DNA of 63,981 bases, filler included, from Octopus bimaculoides (Eukaryota): assembly GCF_001194135.2 (NCBI RefSeq). It is 4 parts of 4 records of this genome, joined end to end, with 100 filler letters (N's around TTAATTAATTAA, not from the genome) between each part and the next. Parts side by side here need not be neighbours in the genome. Positions count along the whole stretch, not along the records: positions 1 to 18,806 come from NC_069004.1; 3 more parts are not named here. One strand, given 5' to 3'. Of the stretch, positions 1-13,891 are shown in pieces (position 1 is the first letter of the stretch; each line of letters starts with the position of its first letter). A program made the position numbers and the translations under genes. Under the pieces are notes generated by a model. The model did not search any database and was not told the DNA's origin. It saw only the letters and a list, made by a program, of their open reading frames with translations.

Positions 1-3000
1 TTTTGCCTTTCATCCCTTTGTGTGTGTTGGTGTGTGTGTCTGGACAGTGGGTGGCAGTCGTGAAGTGAATTGACAAAGTCTTGAGTAAAGAAAGCAGCGT
101 GTTTGTTTGTTGGTTGGTTGGTTTGTTTGGGGGGAGGGGTGGGGGGTGTTGTGGAGACATTTGAAAACAATCAATTTTACTATTTTTTCCTTTGCCTTCT
201 CCAACTATTTGGCGCCTTTCTAAGAATATTCCCTGCAACTGCATGGACAACACAATTATTGAAGACATGCAAGTATTATTGATGTATACAAACATTTTGG
301 TGAGTGTATGCGTACGTGTGCACATGTGTGTGTGTGTGTGTGTATATATATAAAAATATATGTAATGTTCATATGTGTGTGTTTGTGTATATCTATATAT
401 TCATATATGTGACTATATATTATCAAAATTAAACCTAAAATAACTATATATTCATATATGTAAGACATGTGTAAGCAGAAATTGTTTGGAAGCTCGACAG
501 ACTGCAATGAAAAGGGCTTTGTCCTGTATAAGCATTGTGATTGATTCTGCTATGTTAAGGGTACAATTGTCTGGAGTACTCAGCCACTTAGAATTCAATG
601 CATAGATATATATCCCAGTTGACTTAAACAACTGGGATGTTTGTCACAGAAACCAACAAAAGATCCATGTGAGCGTGTGTGTGTGTGTGTGTGTGTGTGT
701 ATAGTGTTGTGTGTTGATGTGTACATAATTAAAGGCAAACGAGAAACAAAAAAATTACTGCAGCAACAGAACAAACACCACCCCTCCGACAGCACCCACA
801 CCACCAATACTATAATTACTACTACTAGTACAACCACCACCACCACCACCACCAGTTACACAACTCTAGACTTGTTTATACAGGGCCCCCCTCCCCCTCT
901 GTCATGCTTTTTGTTGTTTGCAGGGAGGTGGGAGGCTGCACGTGCAAACTGCCAGTGGTGCAACAAAGTGCAATGGTGCATGAAAAAAACAGATTTTTTT
1001 TTTTCAACTGGAAACAGGAAATACTAGCTTTTCTGTATTGGTTCTTTTTGGAGGGTTTTTTTTTTTCGCCCCCCACAATTTTAGTAAGTAGATGATGATG
1101 ATGACGATCACCATGGCCACAGCAGCAACAGCCANNNNNNNNNNNNNNNNNNNNNNNNNNNNNNNNNNNNNNNNNNNNNNNNNNNNNNNNNNNNNNNNNN
1201 NNNNNNNNNNNNNNNNNNNNNNNNNNNNNNNNNNNNNNNNNNNNNNNNNNNNNNNNNNNNNNNNNNNNNNNNNNNNNNNNNNNNNNNNNNNNNNNNNNNN
1301 NNNNNNNNNNNNNNNNNNNNNNNNNNNNNNNNNNNNNNNNNNNNNNNNNNNNNNNNNNNNNNNNNNNNNNNNNNNNNNNNNNNNNNNNNNNNNNNNNNNN
1401 NNNNNNNNNNNNNNNNNNNNNNNNNNNNNNNNNNNNNNNNNNNNNNNNNNNNNNNNNNNNNNNNNNNNNNNNNNNNNNNNNNNNNNNNNNNNNNNNNNNN
1501 NNNNNNNNNNNNNNNNNNNNNNNNNNNNNNNNNNNNNNNNNNNNNNNNNNNNNNNNNNNNNNNNNNNNNNNNNNNNNNNNAAAAAAAAAAAAAAAAAAAA
1601 AACAAACAAATAAAAAAAAAACAACAAATCTCCAAACATTTGTTGACTTTGCAGCAGCAATTGTGGCTAGCCGACATTCTTTGTTGTTTTGTTGTGTTGG
1701 GTATTTTTGCTACATTTTTGGTTGTTTTTGTGGCATTCTCCAAGAATCACCAATCCATCTAATCCTGATACATATATATAGATGTATATAGTACACATAC
1801 CAATCTACACTCACTGAAAAGGCATACATACATACATACACACACACACACAACCTCCAGTTATCACAACCACATTCCTCATCAAATTTTATCCCACCCA
1901 CCTCTTTTGGTGGTAAATCCTCCACCACCAGACAAGTCATGTTCAAGAAAAATAAATACCCCCCCCCCACCGCCACACACATTCTCTTCCCAGAATCCAA
2001 CACCTCTACAATCACAAACCAACAATTTTCCTAACTTAGGAACCAAGTATTGCACACCCCTCTCCTAACAAGAACAATAGCAGTGTATGTGTGTGTGTGT
2101 AAAAAGTGAATGGATAGTTCAAAACATCACTAAGCATTTCAATTATATACATACATATTTATGTTTACACAAACACATACTCATTTGTCTGCTTTTGTCA
2201 CACCTGGACAAATGCAGAGACTTGATCATCAGCTTTGGATGAGCTCAACTGAATCAATAAAACTCTACTGCATCTATAGTAATACTTCCCTTTCATTTCT
2301 ACACATGAAAGAACATACATTATATATACATACTTACACTCTACTGCATGTAATGAGTACTACTCCCTCCCATTCCTACACACCCATGCACATTATATAT
2401 ATATAGAGAGAGAGAGACATTCTACTGCATGTATTGAGTACTTCCTCCCTCCCTCCCACTTGTACCCATACATAATATATAGGCACACATGAGCACGTAC
2501 AACAACAAAAATCCCTATCATTGATCCCCCCCTCTCTCCCTTCATCTTCACCATAATATGCCCCCCTTTTGAAATGAAAGGAACAATCTGTGAAATTCTG
2601 GGAACAGACACAGCAGGAACCCTTCCCAACTAAGGGCATAAAATAATTCGTTTTCATTGTTTTGTTTTGTTTTTTAATATAAGGAAATGTTAATAATAAT
2701 AATAGTAACTGCGTGTGTGTGTATATATAAACAACAGTGTGTGTGTGTTAGAATGTACATAAATATATATATTTGTTTTCTGATAGTTTGCACTTTGTTT
2801 TTTCATTCTTGTTTGTTGATACATATATTTATTGTATATATTTGTATGCATATACGTGTGTGTATTTGTGAGAGTGTATATATATTTACTCATATGTATG
2901 TGCACACATACAAGCATGCAGCACACACTCATATATATACATACATACTTTTGGTTTTGTATATATATATATATATATATATACATACATACATACACAC

Positions 3001-3092
3001 ACACACACATTTAGATCTGCATTGTTTGGTGTCACAAAATCAAAAAGCATAACTGACCATTGAGTTGCAGTGATGCTAATTTTGTGTGCATG

Positions 3093-3144
<52 letters not shown>

Positions 3145-4072
3145 TAGCATTAAACCCATATCATCTCTAGATTGAAATACAGAAAGAAGAAAAAGCAAAG
3201 ACAGGTCTTCAGCCCTTGTCTGACCCCTAATTGCGATTACAATGGAGTCAACTTCTACTGGATTTTCAAATTTGAGTTATAAGTAAAGAGTCTATCCAGC
3301 TTTTTATGCTGAACCTGAGGCTCCCCATCTAATTAGTTGTCTCATAAACTGTAGAGCTATTTAACCCTAACAAGGCAGGCTACTGCTACACAGTGTTCAA
3401 CAGAGCAAAGTCTCCTACATCTACACTGCATGTATGTATATGTGTCTAATATATATATATATGTTATGTTTGTGTGTGTGTGTATATTCAAGTATATGTT
3501 TTTATGTGTATGCATATAGCTGGATAAAATGTTTATGAATATTACTTGTGTGTATGTACATATATATAATATATAAAGATTGTGCATGTGTGATGTATGT
3601 ATGTATATATGTGTGTGTGTGTGTGTGTTTATATATATATGCACACAGTTCTTAGAAATCTATCAGAGATTCAATAAAGCCATTAACTTTAATTGGAAAT
3701 GTGTTTGAATTTTTTTTTTTTAAATTTCATTTTATTTCTGCTCCAGGCTGTGGACAGAAATTGTAATGAATGTTGACACAAATATATCTGTATGTATGTA
3801 TATATATATATATATGTGTGTGAGTGTGTATGAATGTGTGCGCTTATAGTGACAATCAATCAGAATGGCCATCTTAATAAAAACTAAGAAGCTCACTCAA
3901 ACCTGCATGTGTCTCTAAACACACAATTGGAATGGCCATTGACTCACATCAGTCCCTCAGCCCTTTGACAGATGCTTGGTTTCCATCCCAGAGGGTGTCC
4001 AAAACTCACTTGCTGAAGGTTGCCAGTTTAGTTGCCGACAATCTGTTACCAATAGTGCTTGAGAATATATAT

Positions 4073-4391
4073 GCATGTGGCTGTGTGGTAAGAAGCTTGC
4101 TTCCCAACCACATAGTTCCAGGTTCAGTCCCACTGTATGGCACATTGGGCAAGTGTCTTCTACTGTAGCCTTGGGCCGACCAAAGCCTTGTGAGTGGATT
4201 TGGTAGATGGAAAAGAAGCCTGTTATATATATGTGTGTGTGTGTTTTTGTGTCTGTGTTTGTCCCCCCCCACCACTTGACAACCAATGTTGGTGTGTTTA
4301 CTTCCCCATAACTTAGCGGTTCGGCAAAAAAGCCGATAGAATAAATACTAGGCTTACAAAGAATAAGTCCTGGGGTCGATCTGTTCGACTA
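4073..4391 (+). mobile_element. tRNA-derived SINE family A; other copies at about 15055-15436(+), 15645-15800(+), 33897-34060(+), 35480-35780(-), 51993-52130(-)
   Basis: Recurrent TGTGGTAAGAAGCTTGCTTCCCAACCAC...GGTTCAGTCCCACTG...TTGGGCAAGTGTCTTCTACT...GCCTTGTGAGTGGATTTGGTAGA with Pol III A/B-box-like head. Confidence 0.85.
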
Positions 4392-4639
4392 NNNNNNNNN
4401 NNNNNNNNNNNNNNNNNNNNNNNNNNNNNNNNNNNNNNNNNNNNNNNNNNNNNNNNNNNNNNNNNNNNNNNNNNNNNNNNNNNNNNNNNNNNNNNNNNNN
4501 NNNNNNNNNNNNNNNNNNNNNNNNNNNNNNNNNNNNNNNNNNNNNNNNNNNNNNNNNNNNNNNNNNNNNNNNNNNATATATATACATATGTATATATATA
4601 TATCATGGTACTGACCATCACTGGTCACAATGCACTTTG

Positions 4640-4870
4640 CATTATCTTAGTTTTCGAATGATGCCACCCCACTGGGTAGGGGAGTAGGCCAGCATTTCCC
4701 CTCGATCAAAAGGTTTTTCTGTTGTGGGGTGACCCATTTACAGCTGAGTGGACTGGAGCAACATGAAATGAAGTGTTCTGCACAAGAACACAACACAACA
4801 CATCACCCGGTCTATGGATTGAACCCACTGTCTTAGTGATCATGAATGCAACACCCTAACCATTAGGCCT
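4640..4870 (-). mobile_element. Degenerate tRNA-derived SINE
   Basis: The minus strand reads GGCCTAATGGTTAGGGTGTTGCATTC...GGGTTCAATCC (A/B-box-like). The body shares CAAGAACACAAC with the fragment at about 10690. Confidence 0.55.
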
Positions 4871-4876
4871 TCATAT

Positions 4877-4922
<46 letters not shown>

Positions 4923-5459
4923 AATAGTTTAATGAGAGGAGAGTGTCCTCTTCCCAGGGACTCCCAGTGTCTAGAGGGATGAAGTTTCGTTTAGATTAGA
5001 AGCCTGTCCCAAATATTTGTAATGGAGACCTCTGCTACAAGTACCTGAAAACCAAGTGGTGAGGGCAGTAATGTAGGCCATGAATTAAGACAGTAATTAT
5101 TATGGATTACGCAGCTAATTAGTAGAGTCATTAGAGCATCAAATGAATTACTCCATCTCTGTATGCACCGATTTCAAATTGCACCGAGATCAACTTAGTC
5201 TTATCCTTCCGGGATCAATGTGCACACCAGTGCTGTACTGGGGGTAGATTCTTCTCCTTCTCTCAGTCTGTTTGTCTGTCAGGTCTAAAAATGCCCGAGA
5301 TACATCATATGTCATGATGGTGTCCCTAAGACTATCGAGAAACTGAAGGACCCAAGACAAGGTATAAGTGTTGAAATATTTATTTATTTATCTTAACCCA
5401 TCTCCCCTTCTCTCCACGTATGACTTCAAACTGCATCCAGTAGATGGGGACCCTGGTTC

Positions 5460-5720
5460 GGAAGTTCCAGGGGTTTAAGGAACCACCTCTTAATTACAGT
5501 TGTTCCCAGGAATAAGTAGCACCTGTCAGGGTCTCAGCAATGGGTTAATTAGCAAGTCAAGTCCTGCAGATAAGGCTCATTAGTCAAGGGTGGGGACCAC
5601 CAAGGGAAGGAAAAACCCTGATTTTGAACCTCTGCTGCCTTGCAGCAATACCCAGCCACAGAAGAGGCTTTGGAAGTGAACCCTGAGGTAGTTCGATGTC
5701 TACAACCTCGGGCAGCAATT
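5460..5720 (+). mobile_element. Retroelement 5'-region fragment (RTE-like); related inverted copy at about 44440-44560
   Basis: GGAAAAACCCTGATTTTGAACCTCTGCTGCCTTGC resembles RTE 5' regions (recalled). GTAGCACCTGTCAGGGTCTCAG recurs as reverse complement near 44475 (GAGACCCTAGCAGGTGCTAC). Confidence 0.4.
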
Positions 5721-7049
5721 CCTACAAAGACAATGGTGACAAATTGAAATAGCCATGCTGTTGTTCCTTTGGACCTATCAGTAGAGCATTCACCCTGGGT
5801 CGATCGAGGTGGCTTTGACCAACGAGTTCACCCATGTCCCTCACAAACGCTAACCCCATCTGACAGTCGGCTCTAATGTCCCAGCAGGCAAAGTAATGCT
5901 TCTGCTTGTGGCCCAAAAGTCCAGCTTGCAGATTTGTCAAATGCCCCACGAGGAGAGCAAGCACACCGGACAATGCAGACACCGTAGTCACAGTCGTCAT
6001 TCATTGTGGAGGTGTAGAGGTCATTTTCGGAGTGTCAGTGGAAATACAAGTTCACATGTGGTCCCCAGTCACATGTATAGTTTAGAACGGTGAGATCCAC
6101 AACAACTCACCTTGCCGTCAATCGTCGACTGTCACAGTGGATTTGCTGACCAAATCATTGAGTATCAGAGCAGACGTAGCCAGGGTTTGAGACACAAAGA
6201 CTGGGAACACGCTGCTTGGGCAACAACTTGTGCTCCATGTCATACTGCCCAGGCTCAGATCTTTTTAAACATTCTGTACTGGAGAGACTGGCAAATGCAG
6301 TGGATCCACAGAAAAGAACACTACAGCTCAAACAGCACGGTGGAAGGACTGCCATTCATGCATCAGACTGTTCAAGCCACAGACAACATTGCTCCAGAAT
6401 GGACAGACAAGGAACTACATCTAGAGTCATTTTAAAAAACTGGCACTCAGTTGCTTACGACGACGAGGGTCCCACTTGATCTGATCAACAGAACAGTCTG
6501 CTCGTGAAATTAACATGCAAGTGGCTGAGTACTCCGCAGACACACATACCCTCAATCTATAAGCATAATATGCTTGCATATGTATGACCAAGGTTAACAT
6601 AAATAATTATACCGGTAGTATAACAGATACTTTTAGCCCTTGGACGGTTATCCCAACTTCTAACTCTACTAACCTTTATTTATTTATATATATACACACA
6701 CACACTCTTGTATTCATTTTTGTCTTTTAATGTAATAGTCTTACTATTTTCTACATTCTTACGTAACATTATCCTTCATTGCATGTCTTTCAGTCAGAGA
6801 TGTTTTATGACCCCCAATGAAATCCCTTTTACTAAACAAATTCATGTTTCGTTTGCTTTTTCCCTCATCGGCCCCTGTTGAAGAGCAGAATAAATAAATA
6901 TGATTGCTTCCCACTGGCATACATTTGTCTGGGGGTATGCATGCGTGCATGGGAGTTCCGAGACCCAATTTTCTCCCTCTTGATTCTTTCCCCACCCCCT
7001 CTTTGGTGCCAGCCACAATGCTGCTTCATTAAGATAAAGTAAGTCTTTC

Positions 7050-7187
7050 TACGTTATTTACATTTAACGGATATTTGTCCTCATCTTGTTTGTTGTTAAC
7101 ACGTTTCGGCTGATGTAACCTCCAGCCTTCAACAGGTGTCTTGGAGAAATTTCAAACCTGGGTTCTCATTCCTAAGGTATTTTTCAA

Positions 7188-7222
<35 letters not shown>

Positions 7223-7282
7223 TCACTGCCTGGAATCGAACTCGGAATCTTGGGTTTAGTAGCCCGCACTCTTAACCACTAC
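7050..7282 (-). mobile_element. tRNA-headed SINE (family D) with a hammerhead-like motif in its 3' part
   Basis: Head GTAGTGGTTAAGAG (A box)...GAGTTCGATTCC (B box), an (AAT)n spacer, then CTGTTGA-A-GGCTG-N10-CAGCC-GAAAC at 7135-7103. Confidence 0.7.
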
Positions 7283-9970
7283 ATTTATGTTATTGCTACT
7301 CTAAAGTAGACGAAGGTAAGCCTCATCAGAGTAAGTTCAGTTACCAGGAATGGAGAACAATGAAATGTTTTGGCAATCCTTGCTCTCCGTCAAACAGAGA
7401 AAGCCCCTGAATTGCATTTTCATTGTAGCCAAGAGTGTATATTATACAGAGAGAGAGAGAGAGAGAGGGATTTCAGAGTAAGTTTGTAGAAAGGGACACG
7501 TTTTTTAGGATGAGGAGTGAATTTTTAAAACACATTTTCTATTAAAAAAAAATCAACTACAAAGTTTCACCACGTTGTTGGTTATGGGTAATGAAATTTT
7601 TCTTTCAACATTTAAAAATGGCATTTTAACCTTCCTGGTATCAACCGACCTGAGACTCCACTCCCCCACCCCTCGTTCTATGATACAAATTCCTTGTTTT
7701 AAAGCAAGCTAAATTAAAAAGCCTCTCATCAAATTTTCATGTTAATTTATGTTCCAAACACTAAGCTAGTAATAAATGATATTTGACTAAATTGTTCGTT
7801 ATTTTCAAAATTAATAGGAACAAAAGCAGAATGTTTAGGACAGGAATACGGTAGAAATAAAGTGTTAAGAACCATCATCATCATCACTGCGTTAATGTGA
7901 TACTCTGCTAATTAGTCTAGAGAATAATTGCTACATCAAAAGGTTTAATCATTTACTACAGAAATCAGATATATCTACTTAAAATGTTCATTACCCTTAA
8001 CAGCAGAGAGCAGTTTTATTTACCAATCCATCTTTTGTTGAGGAATGTCATGTTTGAAATGATTCTTGCTTTCGAGATATGTCAAGTTTATTGATGCAGA
8101 AAATACCAATTTTGTTTGTTTCTTCTTTTTTTTTTTTTTTTGGTAGATATTTTAGCATCATTACTGGAATAACCCTGAAATTTAATTTCATAGTTAAAGG
8201 GTTAATTTTTAAAAATTGGTGCTTTACTGCAGGCGATAATTATTAAGAATTCTAAAAACGGATTTTTTTTTCTGTCTGGGGAAGGTTGTGAACATCATAG
8301 CTGCCTACTTTTGTTTTTATTATTCTCCTGTTTTTTTTTTGCTTTTCTTTCAAAAAAATAATGAAGAGGACAGACAGACAAGAAGGGGAAAAAAAACCCT
8401 CAGAAAATTGTCTGGTGAATATATTTGAATAATTCAAATACATCCATTTATTAAAAAATTACTATTTTTAAATTTCAGAACGTGAGATATTCAGGAACAG
8501 TACTTTGGAGTAAAGATTATTTGCCAGCATAACATGGCAGTCCTGGTTTAGGATGAATGTTGCTGTAATTTAGCTCCAGGAGACATCCATTTATTCCCAA
8601 GCCCCCACCAAGAGAAATTTCACAAGGTAGTACATGACTGTTTTTGCTTGTGCAACATAGGGGCCCACCCCAAATTTCAAGAAGGCAGTAAGATGGGGTT
8701 TTGTTGTTTTTGTTGCTTATTTTTTCTGGTGAAATCCCTGTTCACTTTTCCTTAATCAGAGACGACCAAATTGTGTCTAAGAGGAAATGATATATAGGTA
8801 AAAAAAAAAAAGACTGAATCAAATAGTGAGAGGAGGAAGGGTTTCTCTGCTGATTGTTATCTGTGGTGGTAGTCATGGCAAAGAAGAAATGATATTTCAT
8901 GCAATCATCTTGTAGGGGGCACTGTAGAACCAGAGAGAATGGACGAGTGCAGAGGACTTCTTTCAGGGGTGGGAGGTGGGGCAAGACGTAACAGACGATT
9001 CTGTTTGTTCCCCCCACTACACACACACACATATATATACACACACACACACTCAACACACATAGAGAAAATATTTTGAACAAAAATGAAATTTTGTTGC
9101 GCTTTGCAATCTCTCAATCTTCATCTATTTTCCCAGCACATTCCAGTCTTTGAGAAACTGTTTATATTAACGTACAGATGCATATATATATATACACATA
9201 TCCATACTAATGATGATGATGATGATAGTGCCTGTGTGTTTGTATGCAAATATGTGTGCATATATGTATATGTGTATGTATATATGTGTTGTTATTTATA
9301 TATATAGAGAGATGAGTGAATGTATGTTTGTACACGTATGTATGTATATATATAAATGTGTGTGAGTGTGTGTATGTAAATAATGCTATTTCTGTGACAG
9401 CCATTTTGCTGTAGTGACTTTTAGAAACAAGAACCATAACTCTGCTTGCCTCTGTCTACTTGACTGATAAAAGAGATGAAGTAAAAAAAAAAAACAAAAA
9501 AAAACTGTTCTGCTCCTACTTTACGGACTAAAAAAGTAAGAGGACGTTCAAATGTAATATATATGAACCGTAGTTTTAACATGAAAAAGACACACAGACA
9601 GACACACACACACCCAAATGTCACTGGTCATCTTCTATTTCAGCCGAAAACTTGTCGCCTATAAATGAGAAATAAAGCAAGAAAACAAAAATATTTAAAT
9701 CTGTGGAATTTTTTTTCTAAAACCTCGCCATTTTGTAAAAATATATTATTTCTTTCATGCAGATTATTATTTTTTAATTACTAATTTATTTTTACTAATT
9801 GAATGCCTTAATTGTATGGAACCTTACAACAATGCTATCTCTATGTGACACTATGAGCTCCATCCCAAAACACACTTCTGTGCCACTGGCCTTTCTGAGA
9901 TTGATTTTATATACATGCATATATATATACACACACACACACACATACATACATATTCTACATAAAAAAG

Positions 9971-10165
9971 CATCCTTGCCGGTGCCATGTATAAAGCACC
10001 CAGTACACTCTTTAAAGTGGCCGGCATTAGGAAGGGCATCCAGCTGTAGAAACCCTGCCAAAACATAACTGGAGCCTGGTGCAGCCCTTCAGCTGCCCAG
10101 CCTGTCAAACTATCCAACCCATGCCAGCATGGAAAAGGGATGTTAAATGATGATGATGATGATGA
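9971..10165 (+). mobile_element. RTE-type 3' tail fragment
   Basis: AGGAAGGGCATCCAGCTGTAGAAAC...CCCATGCCAGCATGGAAAAG...TTAAA(TGA)n, the same tail architecture as the LINE at 19786. Confidence 0.75.
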
Positions 10166-11237
10166 TATATACATCCATTTTATTCTTCTATTGGTTTCTA
10201 CAGGTTTCAGTCTTTGCACTGTGACCATGATAGTGTGTGTGTGTGTGTGTGCATAGTTTTCAGCATTTCTTCAACTAATATTTTATACTTTTTCAAATTA
10301 CAGAACACCCTTAGTATAAAATGTAGTTTGTTTTTTTTCATTTTAAAATAGCTGTATAATATGAACATGCCAATTTGATTCAAATATCTATGTGACAGAA
10401 AATTTTGGTCATTGCTTCCCCAGCCAGAAAGATCACCACACCACCCCTGGTACATATATAAAAAGAGGTAAAGACCTGCTTCAATCATGAATGACCACGG
10501 AAGTACACCTACAAGGCTCAAGTTCAAGCATAGTTGTTTTATGGAAGACCAGCAGTCACCCATGCATACCAGCCTCCTCTCTCCATGTTGTCCAAGAAAA
10601 AGGGGCCAATACAGCTTGGCACCAGTGATGTTGCAACTCATTTCTGCATGTGAGTGAGCTGGAGCAGCATGGAATAAAGTGTCTTGCTCAAGAACACAAC
10701 ACACACACACATTTATATAGACATGTGCACGCATACACATATCCACATCACACACTTTCTGTATAACAAAGTTATTTGATCAACTACAACCGTACCATAG
10801 GTCTACTCAATCAGTGATGACCTAGGGTTAAACAACATCAACTGTAGCTCAAATAAATAAGCCTTATTATTAATATTAAAATGGAAGAGAAATTAGTAAG
10901 AAAGATAAAAGGAACAAAAATAAAAAAAACATTAATTCGAAAAACAAAATAAGAAAACTGAAAAGAAAATTTCTTTTTATTTACTTTCTCAAGCAGGCAT
11001 TTGATAAATAGCAGTGGGGCTTGGGTGGCCTTCCCATTGAACATCCGGGTGGAATGTTCCTGGTATATTGTTTGGAGTTGCTCCATTCTGTACATGTCCT
11101 TGGATGCTTTAGTGATTATCAAGAGTCGAGTTTTCCAAACAGTGTGACTTCATGCAGGGACTTGAACAAGTGTCTTGTACCACAGCCTTTGGCTAACCAA
11201 GAATGGACTTGGTCTACAGAAACTGAAAGAAGCCCGT

Positions 11238-11276
<39 letters not shown>

Positions 11277-11745
11277 GTGTAGATGCATGTGGGTTTGTAT
11301 GTATCTTTGTCTAGACATCACATGATGGTCGTAAACGAGTCCACTCTCATACAAATGATGTTCGTTTCCAGTCTTCCATGAATACCAATGTCTGGCCATG
11401 AGGAAATATTCACCTTGATTGGAGACAGGTGAGGGTTGGTGACAAAGAAGGCACACATACACATGCATTAATACCTACACACACAGCCGTAAACACAAAC
11501 ACACAGCCACACACAAAACAAAACACAGCCATATACACACACACACACATAGCTATACAATGACACAGCCATACACATATAAACACAAATTTGAGGTAAC
11601 ATGTTTCATGTTGAAGTTTCAAATGCTAAGTTAGACCACATGTGAAGACAACAAAATGCATTCCTCAATGCAGTGACCTTTTTCTGAAGAATTGCATCAA
11701 ATACAATCAAGAATGTGAAAGAGTCAGAATTCTTGGTTCATGAAC

Positions 11746-11909
11746 TTAACCAGAGCTGGTCTCATTACTTTCACCCTGGAGCATATTGGTGTTGGAGACA
11801 TCGACTGAGCTCAGAATGGAACAGATTGCTTCCGGTAAGCTAAGTTTGGCAAGGGACATCCCACTGAACTCTTGAAATTCAGTCAGCCACTGTTTCGAGT
11901 AAATCTTAC
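11746..11909 (-). CDS. CENPO: CENP-O exon 6, terminal (KIYSKQWLTEFQEFSG...ETSSG*)
   Basis: Acceptor tttttatctttcag|GT (phase 1) and TAA at 11748-11746. The spliced CDS is 19+158+106+275+166+164 = 888 nt = 295 aa plus stop, close to the ~300 aa of vertebrate CENP-O. Confidence 0.8.
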
Positions 11910-12659
11910 CTGAAAGATAAAAAATAGTATATATATTATATATATATATATATATCCCCCTCTCACTCTCACGGAGAGAGGCACAAGCACATACACACAC
12001 GGCAGTAACTTCCGCCTACCAAATTCAATCACGAAATATATATACATACATACACACACATACATATATACACAGACATACATACATATATATCAATACA
12101 ATATCTGTAGCAGAATTGGAGAAGAAATTCCAAGTATGGATGCAAAACCTGGAATCAAAGGGCCTTAAAGTTAACCTAACATGATCAGCATTTGGAAGGG
12201 CATCCAGCTGTAAAAACCACACCAAAACTGAACATGCCTGTGCGAGTGCCATAGAAAAAGCACTTGGCCCACTCTACAGTGTGGTTGGTGTTAAGAAGGG
12301 AACCCAACCGTAAAAACCATGCCAGAACACCCATGTTTCAAGGGGTGAATTATTCAAACCCCAAAGAATCCTTCTCAACACATGGCTATGATGCTCCCCC
12401 ACTACTTCTGCTCATGATCAGAGATGCACATATCGTCAGCCACCAAGAGACATGCTCAACTGGTTGTGGTCAAGCAAATCTGTGGTATTGAGCAGAATAT
12501 TTGCTGTCGCCCATCTTTTATACCAAGACAAAACATGTCCAGTTAAGATCAGAAGCCATGAGAATCACTGCCTGGTTCCGCACTATTTAATGGATAAAGT
12601 GTTATAATCAAAGTTTATTTCAATAGAGTCATGATTAAAAAGTTAAGAGATCTACTCAC

Positions 12660-12825
12660 TGATGTCAAAACATTGAACGGATATTTCATCTGGACGTACA
12701 GCCAAAAGATTCATGTAGGAGAGACTACATTCAACTGAAAGATTTTCCTTGAACAGAACAAAAGATATCATGTCTCGAGCCACCGAATACTGGATACTGT
12801 CTAACAGATTGTCTTTGCACAAGGT
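12660..12825 (-). CDS. CENPO: CENP-O exon 5 (TLCKDNLLDSIQY...SYMNLLAVRPDEISVQCFDI S)
   Basis: Acceptor cttgatttccag| (phase 0) and donor A|GTGAGT (phase 1). YMNLLAVRPDEISVQC resembles CENP-O YKDLTATLPTDVTVTC (recalled). Confidence 0.85.
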
Positions 12826-13616
12826 CTGGAAATCAAGAACAGAACAGAAAGGAATACAATGGAATGGTATGGCATGGAGTATAACAAGAGGCAAGGAAAA
12901 ATGACAGAATGGAAGAGAAATAGAATGGTGTTGGTGTGACTGCATAGGTAAGAAGCTTCTTTCAGTTTCCAACAACCAAATCTTTGGTTGGACCAGTGTT
13001 ATAAAAAAAAAAACACTTGCTGCCCACTTATTTTATTGACCCTGAAAAGATGAAGGGCAAAGTCACCCTCAGTGGAATTTGAACTCAGAACATAAAAACA
13101 GAAGGAATGCAACTGAGCAGTCTGTCCAGTGTGCTAACAATTCTGCAAGCTCGCTGCCTTAATAATAATAATAATAAAAATGATGATGATGATGATGATT
13201 TCAAATTTTAACACAAGACCAGAAATTTCAGGAGAAGGGATAAGTCGATTTCATTGACCCCAGTACTCAAGTGGTACTTATTTTATTGACCCTGAAAGGA
13301 TAAAAGGCAAAGTTGACCTCGGTGGAATTTGAACTCAGAACACGAAGACAGAAATGCCACTAAGCCCTGCGTGCTAACAATTCTGCCAGCTTGCTGTCTT
13401 AATAATAAATAACAATAATAATAATGGTTTCAAATTCTGGCACAAGGCCAGCAACTTCGGGAGAGAGGATAAGTTGATTACATCGACCCCAGTGTTCAAC
13501 TGGTACTTATTTTATCAACCCCCGAAAGACGACACGAATAGGAGGAAGAGAAGAGGGAAACAGAATAGCATTAAGAATAGTAGACACCAATTAAGGATGG
13601 AAATAAAATGCCTTAC

Positions 13617-13891
13617 CAAAGCCGTTTGAATTGCAATGTCTCTGACATTGAAGGCATGAAAATAATCAGAGATTTCTGTGATGATGGCATGGGTGGATTG
13701 TTTGGAGAGTTTCTTGTGTTTGCTTAGAATCTTCTCAACAGGAATAAATGGCAGCAAATTGTATTTCTTGGTCTCAAGACCATTGGGACTCTGAGAAATT
13801 TCAATGAAATAGTTGTGGTAGAACTTTCCATTTTGGGTCATCTGGAACTGTATGTGGACATCACTGTCTGTGCTGTTTGTTACTTTAAGAC
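13617..13891 (-). CDS. CENPO: CENP-O exon 4 (GLKVT...YFIEI...LLPFIPVEKILSKH...ISDYFHAFNVR...TAL; first RWD-like domain)
   Basis: Acceptor ttcttctcttgctctgttatcag|GT and donor TTG|GTAAGG. LPFIPVEKI...DYFHAFNVR resembles the CENP-O/Mcm21 motif VPVFIPLEEI...EYLNAYSGR as I recall it from the vertebrate protein. Confidence 0.88.

Noticed and set aside
10-4628. Many ORFs rich in Y/I/H/T/C/V or X (and similar ones across the window)
   Set aside because: They are translations of (TA)n, (CA)n and (TACA)n microsatellites, poly-T/A tracts or N gaps.
8479-8532. Possible plus-strand terminal exon (tttcag|AACGTGAGA...TAA) with AATAAA at 9671; similar candidate at 3747-3776
   Set aside because: These are short frames with no recognisable protein and no matching upstream exon identified, so they cannot be supported from sequence alone.
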